Below, one piece after another: positions 45,167-55,383 of a stretch of DNA of 64,000 nucleotides. Location: contig JAUSAW010000010.1 of NCBI GenBank assembly GCA_030652335.1, forward strand, positions 64,563 to 128,562. Direction: 5' to 3'. The first letter of the stretch is position 1, and each line of letters starts with the position of its first letter. Both the position numbers and the translations under genes were made by a program. The notes beneath the pieces were generated by a model, which was not told the origin of the DNA, made no database searches, and saw nothing but the letters and a program-made list of their open reading frames with translations. The DNA comes from Gammaproteobacteria bacterium. GTDB lineage: Bacteria > Pseudomonadota > Gammaproteobacteria > Francisellales > CACEW01.

Positions 45167-45625
45167 ATGAAACCGAGCATTCAAGTTAAGATTGTTAACC
45201 CTAAAATGAACTCCGAATTCCCCTTGCCTGAATACGCTACTCCAGGCTCGGCTGGCTTAGATTTACGAGCGTGTTTGGATGAGGCCTTAGAATTACAGCC
45301 TGGCGAATGTAAGCTTATTGCTACCGGCCTGGCCATTTATATTGCCGATCCAAGTTTAGCCGCCTTAATTTTACCTCGCTCTGGCTTAGGCCATAAGCAT
45401 GGAATAGTCTTAGGTAATCTGGTGGGTCTAATCGACTCCGATTATCAAGGTGAGTTAATGGTGTCTTGTTGGAACCGTGGCCAAAGTGCTTTTACTATCC
45501 AACCTGGCGAGCGTATCGCTCAACTTATTTTAGTGCCAGTAGTCCAGGCGCAATTTAATGTCGTAACAGAATTTGCCGCCACCGAGCGCGGCACCGGTGG
45601 ATTTGGCTCGAGTGGAACAAAATAA
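45167..45625 (+). CDS. dut: dUTP diphosphatase
   Basis: Listed ORF from 45137; I prefer ATG 45167 (AGGA upstream). ..[12 protein letters not shown].., ..[28 protein letters not shown].. and ..[11 protein letters not shown]... Confidence 0.95.
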   Translation: MKPSIQVKIVNPKMNSEFPLPEYATPGSAGLDLRACLDEALELQPGECKLIATGLAIYIADPSLAALILPRSGLGHKHGIVLGNLVGLIDSDYQGELMVSCWNRGQSAFTIQPGERIAQLILVPVVQAQFNVVTEFAATERGTGGFGSSGTK

Positions 45626-45626
45626 T

Positions 45627-47033
45627 ATGAAATCACCTTTACGCTGCAAACCCTTGGATATTCCTGCTCATATCTTTCGTGCCTACGATATTCGCGGGAT
45701 TAGTACCACCGAGTTAACTGCCGATGTAGTACATGATATTGGATTGGCCCTAGGCTCTGAAGTCCAAGCACAAGGTGCTAAATCGATTATAGTCGGGCGC
45801 GATGGCCGGTTGTCAGGTCCAAGCTTAATCGAAGCGCTTAAACAGGGCTTATGTGCAAGTGGCTGCGATGTGATCGATATCGGTATCGTGCCAACTCCGG
45901 TACTGTATTTTGCCACCTATACCTTAGGCGTTCAGTCCGGTGTGATGCTAACCGGCAGCCATAATCCCCGTGATTACAATGGCTTGAAAATGGTGGTGCA
46001 GGGCCATTCGCTTACCAATGAGCAGATTCAAGGCTTATATCAGCGCTTGCAAACCAATGATTATGTTCAAGGCCAGGGTAATATTACCGAAATCGATATC
46101 ATTGCAGACTATATCGCCGCCGTTAAAAAATCGGTGCAGCTAAAGCGACCTTTAAAAATCGTGGTCGATGCCGGCAATGGTGTGACTGGCGGATTAGCCC
46201 CGGCCTTATTTCGTGCATTGGGCTGCGATGTTAACGAGTTATATTGTGAAGTCGATGGGAACTTTCCCAATCACCATCCCGATCCAAGTAAGCCTGAAAA
46301 TACTATAGAGCTTATTGAGGCGGTTAAAAAAGTAAAAGCCGATATCGGCCTAGCCTTTGACGGCGATGGGGACCGCTTGGGTGTCGTTACACCTAATGGC
46401 AAGGTTATCTGGCCGGATAGGCAGTTAATGCTCTATGCTCAATCGGTATTACGAAATCACCCTGGCGGTACCATTATTTATGATGTGAAGTGCTCTAAAC
46501 ATCTGGATACAGTCATTAGAGAGGCGGGTGGCGTTCCACTAATGTATAAGACTGGGCATTCCTTAATTAAAACCAAATTAAAAGAAGTGAAGGCTATTTT
46601 AGCCGGTGAGATGAGCGGTCATACCTTTTTTAATGATAAATGGTATGGTTTTGATGATGGCATGTATGTGGGAGCAAGATTGCTTGAGATACTGGCAGTG
46701 ACAGTTGAAGATGCCGATACGATATTCGATCGAATTCCTGAGAGCGTTTCCACCCCAGAGCTTAATATCGATATTCCCGATAGCGAAAAATTTAGGCTTA
46801 TGCAAGTTCTTGCCGATGATGCTACACGCTATTTCCCGGGCGCTAAGCTTATTACTATCGACGGCTTAAGAGTCGAATTTGACGATGCCTGGGGCCTGAT
46901 TCGACCTTCCAATACCACGCCTATGCTAGTCGTAAGGTTTGAGGCCGATACCGAACAAGCCCTATGGCGAATTAAGACCCTATTTAGGGACTTTATATTA
47001 GAAAAAGCCCCTAATTTAGATGTGGGGTTCTAA
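45627..47033 (+). CDS. Phosphomannomutase/phosphoglucomutase (AlgC/ManB type)
   Basis: Listed ORF from 45573 overlaps dut. ATG 45627 lies 1 nt after the dut stop. ..FRAYDIRG.., ..MLTGSHNPRDYNG.. (phosphoserine loop), ..FDGDGDRLG.. and ..GEMSGH... Confidence 0.9.
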   Translation: MKSPLRCKPLDIPAHIFRAYDIRGISTTELTADVVHDIGLALGSEVQAQGAKSIIVGRDGRLSGPSLIEALKQGLCASGCDVIDIGIVPTPVLYFATYTLGVQSGVMLTGSHNPRDYNGLKMVVQGHSLTNEQIQGLYQRLQTNDYVQGQGNITEIDIIADYIAAVKKSVQLKRPLKIVVDAGNGVTGGLAPALFRALGCDVNELYCEVDGNFPNHHPDPSKPENTIELIEAVKKVKADIGLAFDGDGDRLGVVTPNGKVIWPDRQLMLYAQSVLRNHPGGTIIYDVKCSKHLDTVIREAGGVPLMYKTGHSLIKTKLKEVKAILAGEMSGHTFFNDKWYGFDDGMYVGARLLEILAVTVEDADTIFDRIPESVSTPELNIDIPDSEKFRLMQVLADDATRYFPGAKLITIDGLRVEFDDAWGLIRPSNTTPMLVVRFEADTEQALWRIKTLFRDFILEKAPNLDVGF

Positions 47034-47142
47034 GGGCTGCTATCATTAGGCGGATTATAATAGAAGGTCAGCGAGCTATCTTAGCATTATGCTGTTTTTA
47101 ATTTTGCTATGATATACTAGGCCAAAATTACAGGAAAAGCAC

Positions 47143-47334
47143 ATGATTAAATTTTTTCTTAAGTTATTTCAAAGGGTTGATAATAAAGACAAGAACTTTG
47201 TTAGCGATGCTGATAAATTTATTGCCGACTACGACCGCCAGCACCCAGAGCTATCGGCTAGTCAAATGACTGAAATCGAAAAGAATCGCAATATCTTTAA
47301 TAAGAAAATCGATAATCGAGTGCGTTGGGACTAG
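47143..47334 (+). CDS. Small conserved-looking hypothetical protein (63 aa; possibly DUF3460-like)
   Basis: ORF with ..FVSDADKFIADYDRQHPELSASQMTEIEKNRNIF... The family guess comes from remembered DUF3460 patterns (..Y.SD.T.F...L....P.L..EQ..GR..) and is unverified. Confidence 0.45.
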   Translation: MIKFFLKLFQRVDNKDKNFVSDADKFIADYDRQHPELSASQMTEIEKNRNIFNKKIDNRVRWD

Positions 47335-47386
47335 TAAGCTGTCATCGACTATATTGTCATTCCCACTTAGATTGGTGATTCACTCA

Positions 47387-47989
47387 CTAGTCTCTCGTTT
47401 TAAACCAACCCGCTATACTCCAACGATCGCATAAGGCAGGCTTTACCTCATGTGGAATAGCATCGCTTAAAAAGCAGACTAAGGTCCCGGCTTTTGGTTG
47501 AATGATGGCAAGTTCCAGGCCTAGCTTATCGTATAGAATTAATTCCCCACCATCTACTTCCTGCCAGTTATCATTTAAATACACCACAATCGACACGCAA
47601 CGAGTCGACTGCGCTTCAAATCGATCGAGATGTTTTTTATAAAAGTTGCCGATGGCATAATGAGCAAAATGAGACTCAAATCCCGTTAAATTTAAATATA
47701 AAGCTTGATTTAAACTATGGCGCAATGCCTCGATGATTATGCAGAAACGTTGCTCAGCCAGTGAATCGGTTTGGCTAATCCAATGGGTTTCATCGCTTCG
47801 AATACTCGAATTAACGCTAGCCGCCGCGCTATGGCCGATCTTGGCTGCTTGGAATAATCCTTTGGCCTGATACGCTAACGCCGTTAGCTTTAAAGCGTGA
47901 ATAAATTCAAGTGAAAAAAATAAAGGCTGAACAGACCAAGATTGTGTGGTCAGTTCAGCCAAAATTGACTCAATTTTAAGGGCGGTCAC
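47387..47989 (-). CDS. 2OG-Fe(II) oxygenase (prolyl-hydroxylase/EGL-9-like, COG3751-type)
   Basis: H-x-D (..YKKHLDRF..), ..VSIVVYLNDNWQEVDGGELILYD.., ..HEV.. and ..RWSIAGWF... A GTG start directly follows the TAG of the upstream lipoprotein gene. Confidence 0.8.
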   Translation of the reverse strand: MTALKIESILAELTTQSWSVQPLFFSLEFIHALKLTALAYQAKGLFQAAKIGHSAAASVNSSIRSDETHWISQTDSLAEQRFCIIIEALRHSLNQALYLNLTGFESHFAHYAIGNFYKKHLDRFEAQSTRCVSIVVYLNDNWQEVDGGELILYDKLGLELAIIQPKAGTLVCFLSDAIPHEVKPALCDRWSIAGWFKTRD

Positions 47990-48412
47990 CTAGCTCAAAA
48001 TAGCTTGGCAGCTTGGAGCGCCTGATTTTAGCTCCACTTGTAGGTGCATGTTGGTGAAGTGTTGATTGCTACCCTTATAGACTGGGGTACATTTAGCCAC
48101 GACAGATTTACCGGTACCATCATTTTTGATAATGCTGTAGTAAATGCTGTATTCAGGGCTAAATTGTACTTTACGGTTAGCGGTACAGGTAAACCAGGAG
48201 CTACCAGGGCCGCCGGCTAACCACACTTGGGTGCCTTGAAAGGCATAAAGACCATTGCTATCGGTACAGATATTAGCGGTATTGCTGGAAATGGTCGCGG
48301 CGCCTAAAAATGAGCCTTGATTTTTACCGGTTCCATAAGGGTTGGTGCTACAAGCTGTTATTAGTAAGCAGGTAGATAGCGCTAAAGATGCTGCGAGTAA
48401 TTTATTCATCAT
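47990..48412 (-). CDS. Cys-containing lipoprotein of unknown function (140 aa)
   Basis: MMNKLLAASLALSTCLLITAC|STN signal peptide/lipobox, with six further Cys. Confidence 0.65.
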   Translation of the reverse strand: MMNKLLAASLALSTCLLITACSTNPYGTGKNQGSFLGAATISSNTANICTDSNGLYAFQGTQVWLAGGPGSSWFTCTANRKVQFSPEYSIYYSIIKNDGTGKSVVAKCTPVYKGSNQHFTNMHLQVELKSGAPSCQAILS

Positions 48413-48626
48413 TCACCTCTCATTAGTAGTAAAGTCTTCATAGTATTATCTAGAGCATTGCGCTATCTGGCAAGGGCTATATTTGTCAGGAGCTCCCAGT
48501 ACCATGAAGCTCCCGCAACACCCTAATTTATATATACAATTTTGATCGGGAGTTGCTTATATTTGTGCTTAGATTGATTAATAATTAGCGAAATGCTAGT
48601 TTCATGGTAAGTAAATCAAGGGGGCA

Positions 48627-49679
48627 ATGGCATTGAGCAAAAAATTATGGCTATCGTTACTATTTATTGCAGTGCTTGTCATGTTAAGGGCGGCTTTGCC
48701 TGGCTTGACCTGTCAGTATATTAATCATCGCCTAAATCAGGTGCAGGGTTATAGCGGCCAAGTGCAGAGTGTTTCATTATCGTTATTAAGCCTGAAGGCT
48801 AGCATTCATCAGTTGTCGCTCGAAAAAGACAGCCCCACTGGTACCAAGCCGATTATCAGTATCCAAACCATAAGCATCACGTTAGATGGGTTGGCCCTAG
48901 TGCAAGGTCGAACTGAAACGAATCTTATCCTCGATCAACCTAACGTGCATTTTATAGCCGAAGCCCCCGCATCAAAAACTGAATCTGAGACCACAGCGAC
49001 TCAAGCCTGGCAGTTATCCATGCAACAGCTGCTTCCATTAAAAATCGATACGATTGTCATTCATAATGGAACGGTACATTATCAAAATCGCATTGAACAG
49101 CCGGAATTTGATATTAGCTTAAATAATATTGAGGCGACTCTTAGCGGCCTACAACAAGCTCCTACTGACGCTCAACCTCTTCCAGCGTACTTGCACGTCG
49201 ATGCTAAGGCCTTTAATCAGGCGGCTGTCTTTATTTACTTACACTTTAATCCTCAGGCCTCGACCCCAACCTTTAAGCTTGAAGCTAGTATGGAAAATTT
49301 ACAGCTTAATCAGCTCGATGATTTTTTACAGCACTATACCAAGCTCCAGGCAAAGACTGGAACGTTTAACTTTTATCTGGAAGCAGCGGCTAAAGATAAT
49401 AAAATTACCGGCTATATTAAGCCCTACTTGATGGGTGTTAAGCTTAAAGTGCCGCCCGAAGATCAACATAATAGCCTGAAAAAAGCGTATAAATCGGTCG
49501 TGCAAACCGCTACGAAAATTTTGAAAAATAATGATACTGCAAACGTAGCGACTAAATTGGATCTTAGTGGGGATATTGATGACCCCGATGCTAGCATATG
49601 GTCGACGGTGGTGAATTTATTACAGAATGCCTTCTTACAGGCCTTATTGCCAGGCATCGATCATTCTATACAGTTTTAA
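48627..49679 (+). CDS. DUF748/AsmA-like protein with N-terminal membrane anchor
   Basis: ..KKLWLSLLFIAVLVML.. anchor. ..INHRLNQVQGYSGQVQSVSLSLLSLKASIHQLSLEK.. is the typical DUF748 start (from memory). Confidence 0.65.
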   Translation: MALSKKLWLSLLFIAVLVMLRAALPGLTCQYINHRLNQVQGYSGQVQSVSLSLLSLKASIHQLSLEKDSPTGTKPIISIQTISITLDGLALVQGRTETNLILDQPNVHFIAEAPASKTESETTATQAWQLSMQQLLPLKIDTIVIHNGTVHYQNRIEQPEFDISLNNIEATLSGLQQAPTDAQPLPAYLHVDAKAFNQAAVFIYLHFNPQASTPTFKLEASMENLQLNQLDDFLQHYTKLQAKTGTFNFYLEAAAKDNKITGYIKPYLMGVKLKVPPEDQHNSLKKAYKSVVQTATKILKNNDTANVATKLDLSGDIDDPDASIWSTVVNLLQNAFLQALLPGIDHSIQF

Positions 49680-50050
49680 AAACCGCTTAGGGTAAAAGCC
49701 ATGCCACTATAGCTGGTATTACTGACAGTTAGTTGTGAGCTAGTGGGGTCGTAATTCACATTGGCGATGGTATAGCCCAGGCTTAAATAGGGAATGGGCG
49801 TTTTCCACATAGCCACAATATTGGTAAGTGGGGCGGTTTGATTAAATAACTGCAATACTTCCGGCTGCACACTAAGCGCTGAAGCAGGGGCGGATTTCGG
49901 TGGGATAATGGGGTTAGCGGGAATATTACAGAGTTTAGCCATCTGGGCTTGAGGGCTAAGGTTTGTCGCGTACGCCAAGTTTAAGCTGCTTAGTAATAAG
50001 CAGCTTAAAGTTATTGCGAATCGGCGTTTATAGGACATTATTGTTATCAC
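49676..50050 (-). CDS. Secreted hypothetical protein (about 120 aa), C-terminal Phe
   Basis: Signal peptide ..RRFAITLSCLLLSSLNLAYA|TN. It ends ..GMAFTLSGF. Its stop codon overlaps the DUF748 stop on a TTAA (49676..49679). Confidence 0.5.
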   Translation of the reverse strand: MITIMSYKRRFAITLSCLLLSSLNLAYATNLSPQAQMAKLCNIPANPIIPPKSAPASALSVQPEVLQLFNQTAPLTNIVAMWKTPIPYLSLGYTIANVNYDPTSSQLTVSNTSYSGMAFTLSGF

Positions 50051-50107
50051 TGATTTTAAATACTATAGCTTTAGGCTACCATATTCTTGTGCTGAAATCT
50101 GGCTGAA

Positions 50108-50542
50108 TTAAGCGTTAGCCTTTTCTTTCATGGCCTGAATATCTTCACCCATTTTATTTAAGACTTTTTCACCTAGTTCCTTATGGGCTCTAGGGAAAAT
50201 TTCATGCTCTTCTTCTTTAATGTGATGCAGTAAATTTTCTTGAAGCACGGTAATTTTTGCTTTCCAATGTTCGTCGGTAACTTCAGTATTTTCAATTTCT
50301 GCTAACAATTTATCGACTAAATGGTGCTCTTCATAAGCTTCAAGAATTTGCTCTTTATCACCAGGCTTTAGTTTTGGGTAAAATAGCTTTTCTTCGACTT
50401 TTTCATGAATATCCAGTTCTTGTTTCAAGGTTTGTAGCAATTCGCGGCGCTTAACCGTCGAGCGTGCTGTTGTATCGACCAGTTCCTCCAAAATTTGTTT
50501 AACTTTAGCATGGTCTTTTTTCAGTAGTTTAGTAGCTTCCAT
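50108..50542 (-). CDS. Hemerythrin HHE cation-binding domain protein
   Basis: Listed ORF extends to 50650; I prefer ATG 50542, preceded by AAGGAGaacata. ..LKKDHAKVKQILEEL.., ..IHEKVEEKLFYP.., ..EEHHLVDKLL.. and ..HHIKEEEHEIFP... Confidence 0.8.
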   Translation of the reverse strand: MEATKLLKKDHAKVKQILEELVDTTARSTVKRRELLQTLKQELDIHEKVEEKLFYPKLKPGDKEQILEAYEEHHLVDKLLAEIENTEVTDEHWKAKITVLQENLLHHIKEEEHEIFPRAHKELGEKVLNKMGEDIQAMKEKANA

Positions 50543-50682
50543 TATGTTCTCCTTGTGGGTTAACATGAGTAAAATGCGATATAAACGAATAAAGCTGAAA
50601 CAACAGTAGTAAAAGTAACATGGTAAGCTTAAGGGGATCAAGGGTGTCACAAACTAAGTATGACAGTGAGATAAATAAGAAT

Positions 50683-50820
50683 ATGGTAGACGCTTTCGAC
50701 AAGCACATAGGGGTAAATATTGATGTGTTTTTAGCCGAAGAAGGCATACTCACTGAAGCAGAAGCGGCAGCAAAGAAAAGGATTGCCGCTTATAGGTTAC
50801 AACAAGGCTTAAAAGAATAA
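50683..50820 (+). pseudogene. Possible N-terminal fragment of an XRE/HTH antitoxin-type gene
   Basis: MVDAFDKHIGVNIDVFLAEEGILTEAEAAAKKRIAAYRLQQGLKE* resembles the first ~45 aa of ~95-aa proteins of pattern ..F.EFL.EEGI.EEV...A.KRV.A.Q....M.. (from memory). Those proteins continue into an HTH, whereas here the frame stops just before the 50832..50867 hairpin. Confidence 0.3.
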
Positions 50821-50831
50821 CAATGCCATTC

Positions 50832-50867
50832 CAGATCCTGATAACTATGTGACATTATCAGGATCAG
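50832..50867. terminator. Hairpin downstream of nrdB (ATCCTGAYAA family)
   Basis: caGATCCTGATAA ctatgtgaca TTATCAGGATCag. The arms are identical over 11 nt to those of the 2823..2859 hairpin. Confidence 0.55.
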
Positions 50868-50886
50868 AGAAGGATTATATATTCTT

Positions 50887-51966
50887 TTATTCATCCCAGC
50901 TTAAAGCACCGCCGGTTTGATATTCGGTTACGCGGGTTTCAAAGAAATTTTTCTCTTTCTTCAAATCGATTACTTCGCTCATCCATGGGAATGGATTTTC
51001 TGCGCCTGGGAACAGCGGTTTTAAGCCGATCTGCATACAGCGGCGGTTAGCGATGAATTCCATATACTGTTTAAACATGCCGGAATTCATGCCCAAAATA
51101 CCGCGTGGCATGGTGTCATCGGCATAGCGTTGTTCTAATAGGGTCGCTTCACGAATCATATTGCGAACTTCTTCTTGGAATTCAGCGCTCCAAAGATCTG
51201 GGTTTTCAAATTTAATCTGGTTAATGACATCGATACCAAAGTTCATATGCATGGATTCATCGCGCAGAATATATTGAATCTGCTCGGCGGTGCCGGTCAT
51301 TTTATTGCGGCGACCAAACGATAAGATCTGAGCGAAGCCTACATAGAAGAATATCCCCTCGAATACCACGTAGAAGGCGATTAAATCACGTAAGAATCGA
51401 CGATTGGTCTCAGGCGTACCGGTGCTGAAATTAGGATCTGCAATGGAATGGGTATAAGGAATAGACCAGGCAGCCTTATCGTGGATGGATGGGATCTCAC
51501 GATACATATTAAATAATTCGCTCTCATCGAGGCCTAAGCTCTCGATGATATAGGTGTAGCTATGCGTATGGATAGCTTCTTCAAAAGCCTGACGCAGAAT
51601 ATATTGACGACATTCTGGGTTGGTAATATGGCGGTATACAGCCAATACTAAGTTGTTAGCAACCAATGAGTCAGCGGTTGAGAAAAAGCCCAGGGCGCGT
51701 TTAATAATGGTGCGCTCGTCATCCGTTAAGCCATTTGGATCTTTCCAAAGTGACAAGTCGGTCGACATATTGATCTCTTGTGGCATCCAATGGTTAGCAC
51801 AAGCATCCAGATATTTTTGCCAAGCCCAATCGTATTTTAATGGGAACAATTGGTTTAAGTCGGCACGGCAGTTAATAATCTTTTTATCGTCTACTCGAAT
51901 TCTAGCGGCGCCCATCTCTATCTCTTCAAGACCTGTGGCGCCGGCTATAGGGGATTCCGTTAACAT
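50887..51966 (-). CDS. nrdB: Ribonucleotide reductase class Ia beta subunit
   Basis: ..[10 protein letters not shown].., ..[11 protein letters not shown].. and ..RDESMHMNF.. are di-iron/tyrosyl radical site motifs. The C terminus is ..[11 protein letters not shown]. Confidence 0.95.
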   Translation of the reverse strand: MLTESPIAGATGLEEIEMGAARIRVDDKKIINCRADLNQLFPLKYDWAWQKYLDACANHWMPQEINMSTDLSLWKDPNGLTDDERTIIKRALGFFSTADSLVANNLVLAVYRHITNPECRQYILRQAFEEAIHTHSYTYIIESLGLDESELFNMYREIPSIHDKAAWSIPYTHSIADPNFSTGTPETNRRFLRDLIAFYVVFEGIFFYVGFAQILSFGRRNKMTGTAEQIQYILRDESMHMNFGIDVINQIKFENPDLWSAEFQEEVRNMIREATLLEQRYADDTMPRGILGMNSGMFKQYMEFIANRRCMQIGLKPLFPGAENPFPWMSEVIDLKKEKNFFETRVTEYQTGGALSWDE

Positions 51967-51990
51967 CTACATTCTCCAATAAAATAATGT

Positions 51991-54837
51991 TTACTGACAC
52001 GCTTCGCAGTCTGGATCGGTAATCGAACAGACTTTAGGTTCTGCATCAGCCCCGACTTTAACCGCATTTAAATCATTAGCACGGTCTACGGTGGATTTCT
52101 CAGTATTAGTCGCGCCTAGGCTACGCAGATAATAGGTAGTCTTTAAGCCGCGTATCCACGCCAGTTTATAGATAGTGTCTAATACCTTACCGGAAGGTTT
52201 AGCCACATACAAGTTAAGCGATTGGCCTTGGTCGATCCATTTTTGACGACGGGAAGCCGCTTCGATTAACCAGCTTACATCGATCTCAAACGCGGTGGCA
52301 TAGAGACGTTTGATGCTCGCTGGGATACGGTCGATTTGTTGCACGCTACCGTTGAAATATTTGAGGTCATTAACCATGACATCATCCCATAAGTTTTGCG
52401 CTTTTAAATCGTTTACTAGGTAAGGGTTGATTACCGTAAATTCGCCTGATAGGTTCGATTTAACATATAAGTTTTGATAGGTAGGCTCGATAGATTGTGA
52501 TACGCCGGTAATATTAGCGATAGTCGCTGTTGGCGCGATAGCCATCACGTTGGAGTTACGCATACCTTTGGTACGGACTTTGCTGCGTAGGGTGTTCCAA
52601 TCTAAGGTTTGGGAAGTATCTTGCTCGAGGTATTTACCGCCGCGGGAATGTTGCAGTAAGTTAATCGAATCGATAGGCAGGATGCCTTTGCTCCATAATG
52701 AACCTTCGAAGGTTTCATAGCTGCCTCGCTCTTGAGCTAGTAGGCTTGAGGCTTCGATAGCATAGTAGCTTACTTCTTCCATGCTTTTATCGGCAAACTC
52801 AACCGCTTCCTGGGTGTCGTAAGGGATATTTTGAGCATAAAGCGCATCTTGGAAGCCCATAATACCTAAGCCGATGGGACGATGACGTAAGTTAGATTTA
52901 CGCGCCTGTGGTACGGAGTAGTAGTTAATATCGATTACGTTATCGAGCATACGGACTGCGGTATGAACCGTTTTACGCAATTTTTTGCTATCGAGCTTCC
53001 CATCTTTAAAGTGAGCAGGGAGATTCACACTACCTAAGTTACATACCGCAATCTCATCTTCTGAGGTATTTAAGGTAATCTCGGTACAGAGGTTAGAGCT
53101 ATGTACTACGCCGCAATGTTGTTGTGGGGAACGTAAGTTACAAGGATCTTTAAAGGTAATCCAAGGATGGCCGGTTTCAAATAACATACCGAGCATTTTA
53201 CGCCACATAGCGGTTGCCGATACTTTCTTGCTCATAATTTTGCCAAGAGCCGCTTTAGCCTCGTATTTTACGTAGGCTTTTTCAAACTCTTCGCCAAATA
53301 AATCGTGCAGTTCTGGAGTTTCATTAGGAGTGAATAGGGTCCACTCTTTATCTTCCATGACGCGTTTCATAAATAAGTCTGGCACCCAGTTTGCGGTATT
53401 CATATCGTGGGTACGACGACGATCATCTCCGCTATTTTTGCGCAATTCTAGGAACTCTTCGATATCGATATGCCAGGATTCTAAGTAAGCACAGACAGCT
53501 CCTTTACGTTTACCACCTTGGTTTACCGCAACCGCGGTATCGTTAGCCACTTTTAAGAAGGGCACAACACCTTGTGATTTACCATTGGTGCCTTTGATAT
53601 AAGCATTCATGCCGCGAACTGGGGTCCAGTCATTACCAAGGCCGCCTGCAAATTTCGATAACAGAGCATTATCGCGCATGGCGTTATAGATGCTGGATAA
53701 GTCATCAGCGATGGTGGTTAAGTAGCAGCTGGATAACTGAGGACGTAAGGTGCCTGAGTTAAACAAGGTTGGGGTGGAGCTCATAAAGTCGAATGAGGAT
53801 AGCATTTCGTAGAATTCGACAGCGCTTTTGTTTTTATCTTTTTCTTCTAAGCTTAAGCCCATCGCCACACGCATAAAGAATACCTGAGGTAATTCGAGGC
53901 GGGTGCCTTTATGATGCAGGAAGTAGCGGTCATATAAGGTTTGTAAGCCTAGGTATGAGAAGTTCATGTCATTTTGATGGTTAAGCGCTTTACCTAATTT
54001 TTCTAAGTCAAATTTAGCTAAACGTGGATCGAGTAATTCAAGCTCAATACCTTTTGCGATATAGGCTTTAAAGGCAGCAGGGTAGAATTTAGCCATTTCA
54101 TGCGCGGTGGCCGCGTTAGCTACTTTAAGAAAGCTTAAGCCTTCAGCTCTGATTTCATCCATTAATAAACGTGCAGCCGCTAGGGCGTGATTAGGTTCTT
54201 TTTCAATTAAGCTGCGAGCAGACATCACTAAGGCTTTATTCACTTCTTTAGCCGGTACGCCGTCGAATAAGTTGCGCAGGGTATCTTTTAATATAGCGTC
54301 GACCGACACATTGTCTAAGCCTTCGCATGCCTCTTTAATAATGACTTCCATGCGGGCTTTATCGAGCTTTTTCATGGAACCATCAGCGTGTTTCACTCTA
54401 ATAACGCCAGGCTCTGAGGCTAAGTCGGCATTGTTATCGCGCTGTTGACGACGTTCTTCACGATACAATACATAGGCGCGGGCTACTTTATGTTCGCCGC
54501 TGCGCATCATGGTTAATTCTACCTGGTCTTGAATATCTTCTATATGTAGAGTGCCGCCTTCTGGCAATCTGCGTTGAAAGGTATCCAAAATTTGTTTAGT
54601 CATTATCTGAACTTGTTCGTGCACTCGAGCGGATTCAGCGGCATGTCCGCCTTCTACTGCCAAAAAGGCACGAGTAATAGCGATAGTAATCTTGCTTGGA
54701 TCAAAGCTAACGACTTTGCCATTACGTTTTATAATCTTTAAAGCTGTATCGATTTCGGGGGAGTTATTGTTCATATTAATTGTACTGCGGTTAGTGGCTA
54801 AAGGGGCTTTTTCAGGGGCTTCTAGTGTCATTTCCAT
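51991..54837 (-). CDS. nrdA: Ribonucleotide reductase class Ia alpha subunit
   Basis: The listed ORF starts at GTG 54846; ATG 54837 is preceded by GGTGAaaacg. ATP-cone (..IIKRNGKVVSFDPSKITIAITRA..), ..LSSCYL.., ..SNLCTEI.. and C-terminal shuttle cysteines ..CSITDPDCEACQ. Confidence 0.95.
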   Translation of the reverse strand: MEMTLEAPEKAPLATNRSTINMNNNSPEIDTALKIIKRNGKVVSFDPSKITIAITRAFLAVEGGHAAESARVHEQVQIMTKQILDTFQRRLPEGGTLHIEDIQDQVELTMMRSGEHKVARAYVLYREERRQQRDNNADLASEPGVIRVKHADGSMKKLDKARMEVIIKEACEGLDNVSVDAILKDTLRNLFDGVPAKEVNKALVMSARSLIEKEPNHALAAARLLMDEIRAEGLSFLKVANAATAHEMAKFYPAAFKAYIAKGIELELLDPRLAKFDLEKLGKALNHQNDMNFSYLGLQTLYDRYFLHHKGTRLELPQVFFMRVAMGLSLEEKDKNKSAVEFYEMLSSFDFMSSTPTLFNSGTLRPQLSSCYLTTIADDLSSIYNAMRDNALLSKFAGGLGNDWTPVRGMNAYIKGTNGKSQGVVPFLKVANDTAVAVNQGGKRKGAVCAYLESWHIDIEEFLELRKNSGDDRRRTHDMNTANWVPDLFMKRVMEDKEWTLFTPNETPELHDLFGEEFEKAYVKYEAKAALGKIMSKKVSATAMWRKMLGMLFETGHPWITFKDPCNLRSPQQHCGVVHSSNLCTEITLNTSEDEIAVCNLGSVNLPAHFKDGKLDSKKLRKTVHTAVRMLDNVIDINYYSVPQARKSNLRHRPIGLGIMGFQDALYAQNIPYDTQEAVEFADKSMEEVSYYAIEASSLLAQERGSYETFEGSLWSKGILPIDSINLLQHSRGGKYLEQDTSQTLDWNTLRSKVRTKGMRNSNVMAIAPTATIANITGVSQSIEPTYQNLYVKSNLSGEFTVINPYLVNDLKAQNLWDDVMVNDLKYFNGSVQQIDRIPASIKRLYATAFEIDVSWLIEAASRRQKWIDQGQSLNLYVAKPSGKVLDTIYKLAWIRGLKTTYYLRSLGATNTEKSTVDRANDLNAVKVGADAEPKVCSITDPDCEACQ

Positions 54838-54904
54838 CGTTTTCACCTATCTAAATTTAATGTAAGTAATTCGCGCGCAGCTCTAGTGTTGAAATTCCCC
54901 AGAG

Positions 54905-54952
54905 ATACTATATGTAGTGTTTCGTTTGTGGTTTAGTAACAAGATAGTGTGT
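54905..54952. promoter_or_regulatory. Tandem NrdR boxes upstream of nrdA
   Basis: ATACTATATGTAGTGT (54905..54920) matches the remembered consensus acaCwAtATaTwGtgt at 14/16. TAACAAGATAGTGTGT (54937..54952) matches at about 11-12/16. The start-to-start spacing of 32 bp fits the usual tandem arrangement. Confidence 0.6.
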
Positions 54953-55383
54953 TTATCTAAAATCCGCAAGGGTAAAACATGCTGATTATTTACGAAATTT
55001 CGCTTGACATGATTTGTTTATTTTATATGCAGTCAAATTTCTGAGGCAATGCAAGGGGATAGCGTGTATTGAGGTAAAAGAAAAGTAAAATTTATGAGTG
55101 CAATATAGTCAGAATTAATTTTGCTCAGGGCGTTAATTAAGCAATGAATTCACTATGTCGACAGGTAATTATTACCCTTTAAACGTTTTAATTTAATGCT
55201 TTAAGACTTCCTTAAGCAAAGCAGAAAAAAATAATGATCGATTAACGCTATTAAGGACCCTGCAAAATAGCTATGTTACTCATGAATTTAAACTTACTAT
55301 TTTAAATCTTGTTAAGTTTTTAAAGCATTCTTAAGCAGGAAACGATAAAATCACTAGTTACTAAATCACATAAGAAGTACTTT

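Noticed and set aside
48470-48560. Imperfect repeats GAGCTCCC / AAGCTCCCG / CGGGAGTT in the spacer upstream of the DUF748 gene, considered as a possible riboswitch or sRNA.
   Set aside because: The stems are short (7 bp) with a ~30-nt AT-rich loop, and I recognise no conserved riboswitch core. The evidence is insufficient.
49676-49679. Overlapping stop codons of convergent genes on a TTAA palindrome.
   Set aside because: It is real in the sequence, but is most likely a trivial consequence of compact gene packing. It is noted under the features only.
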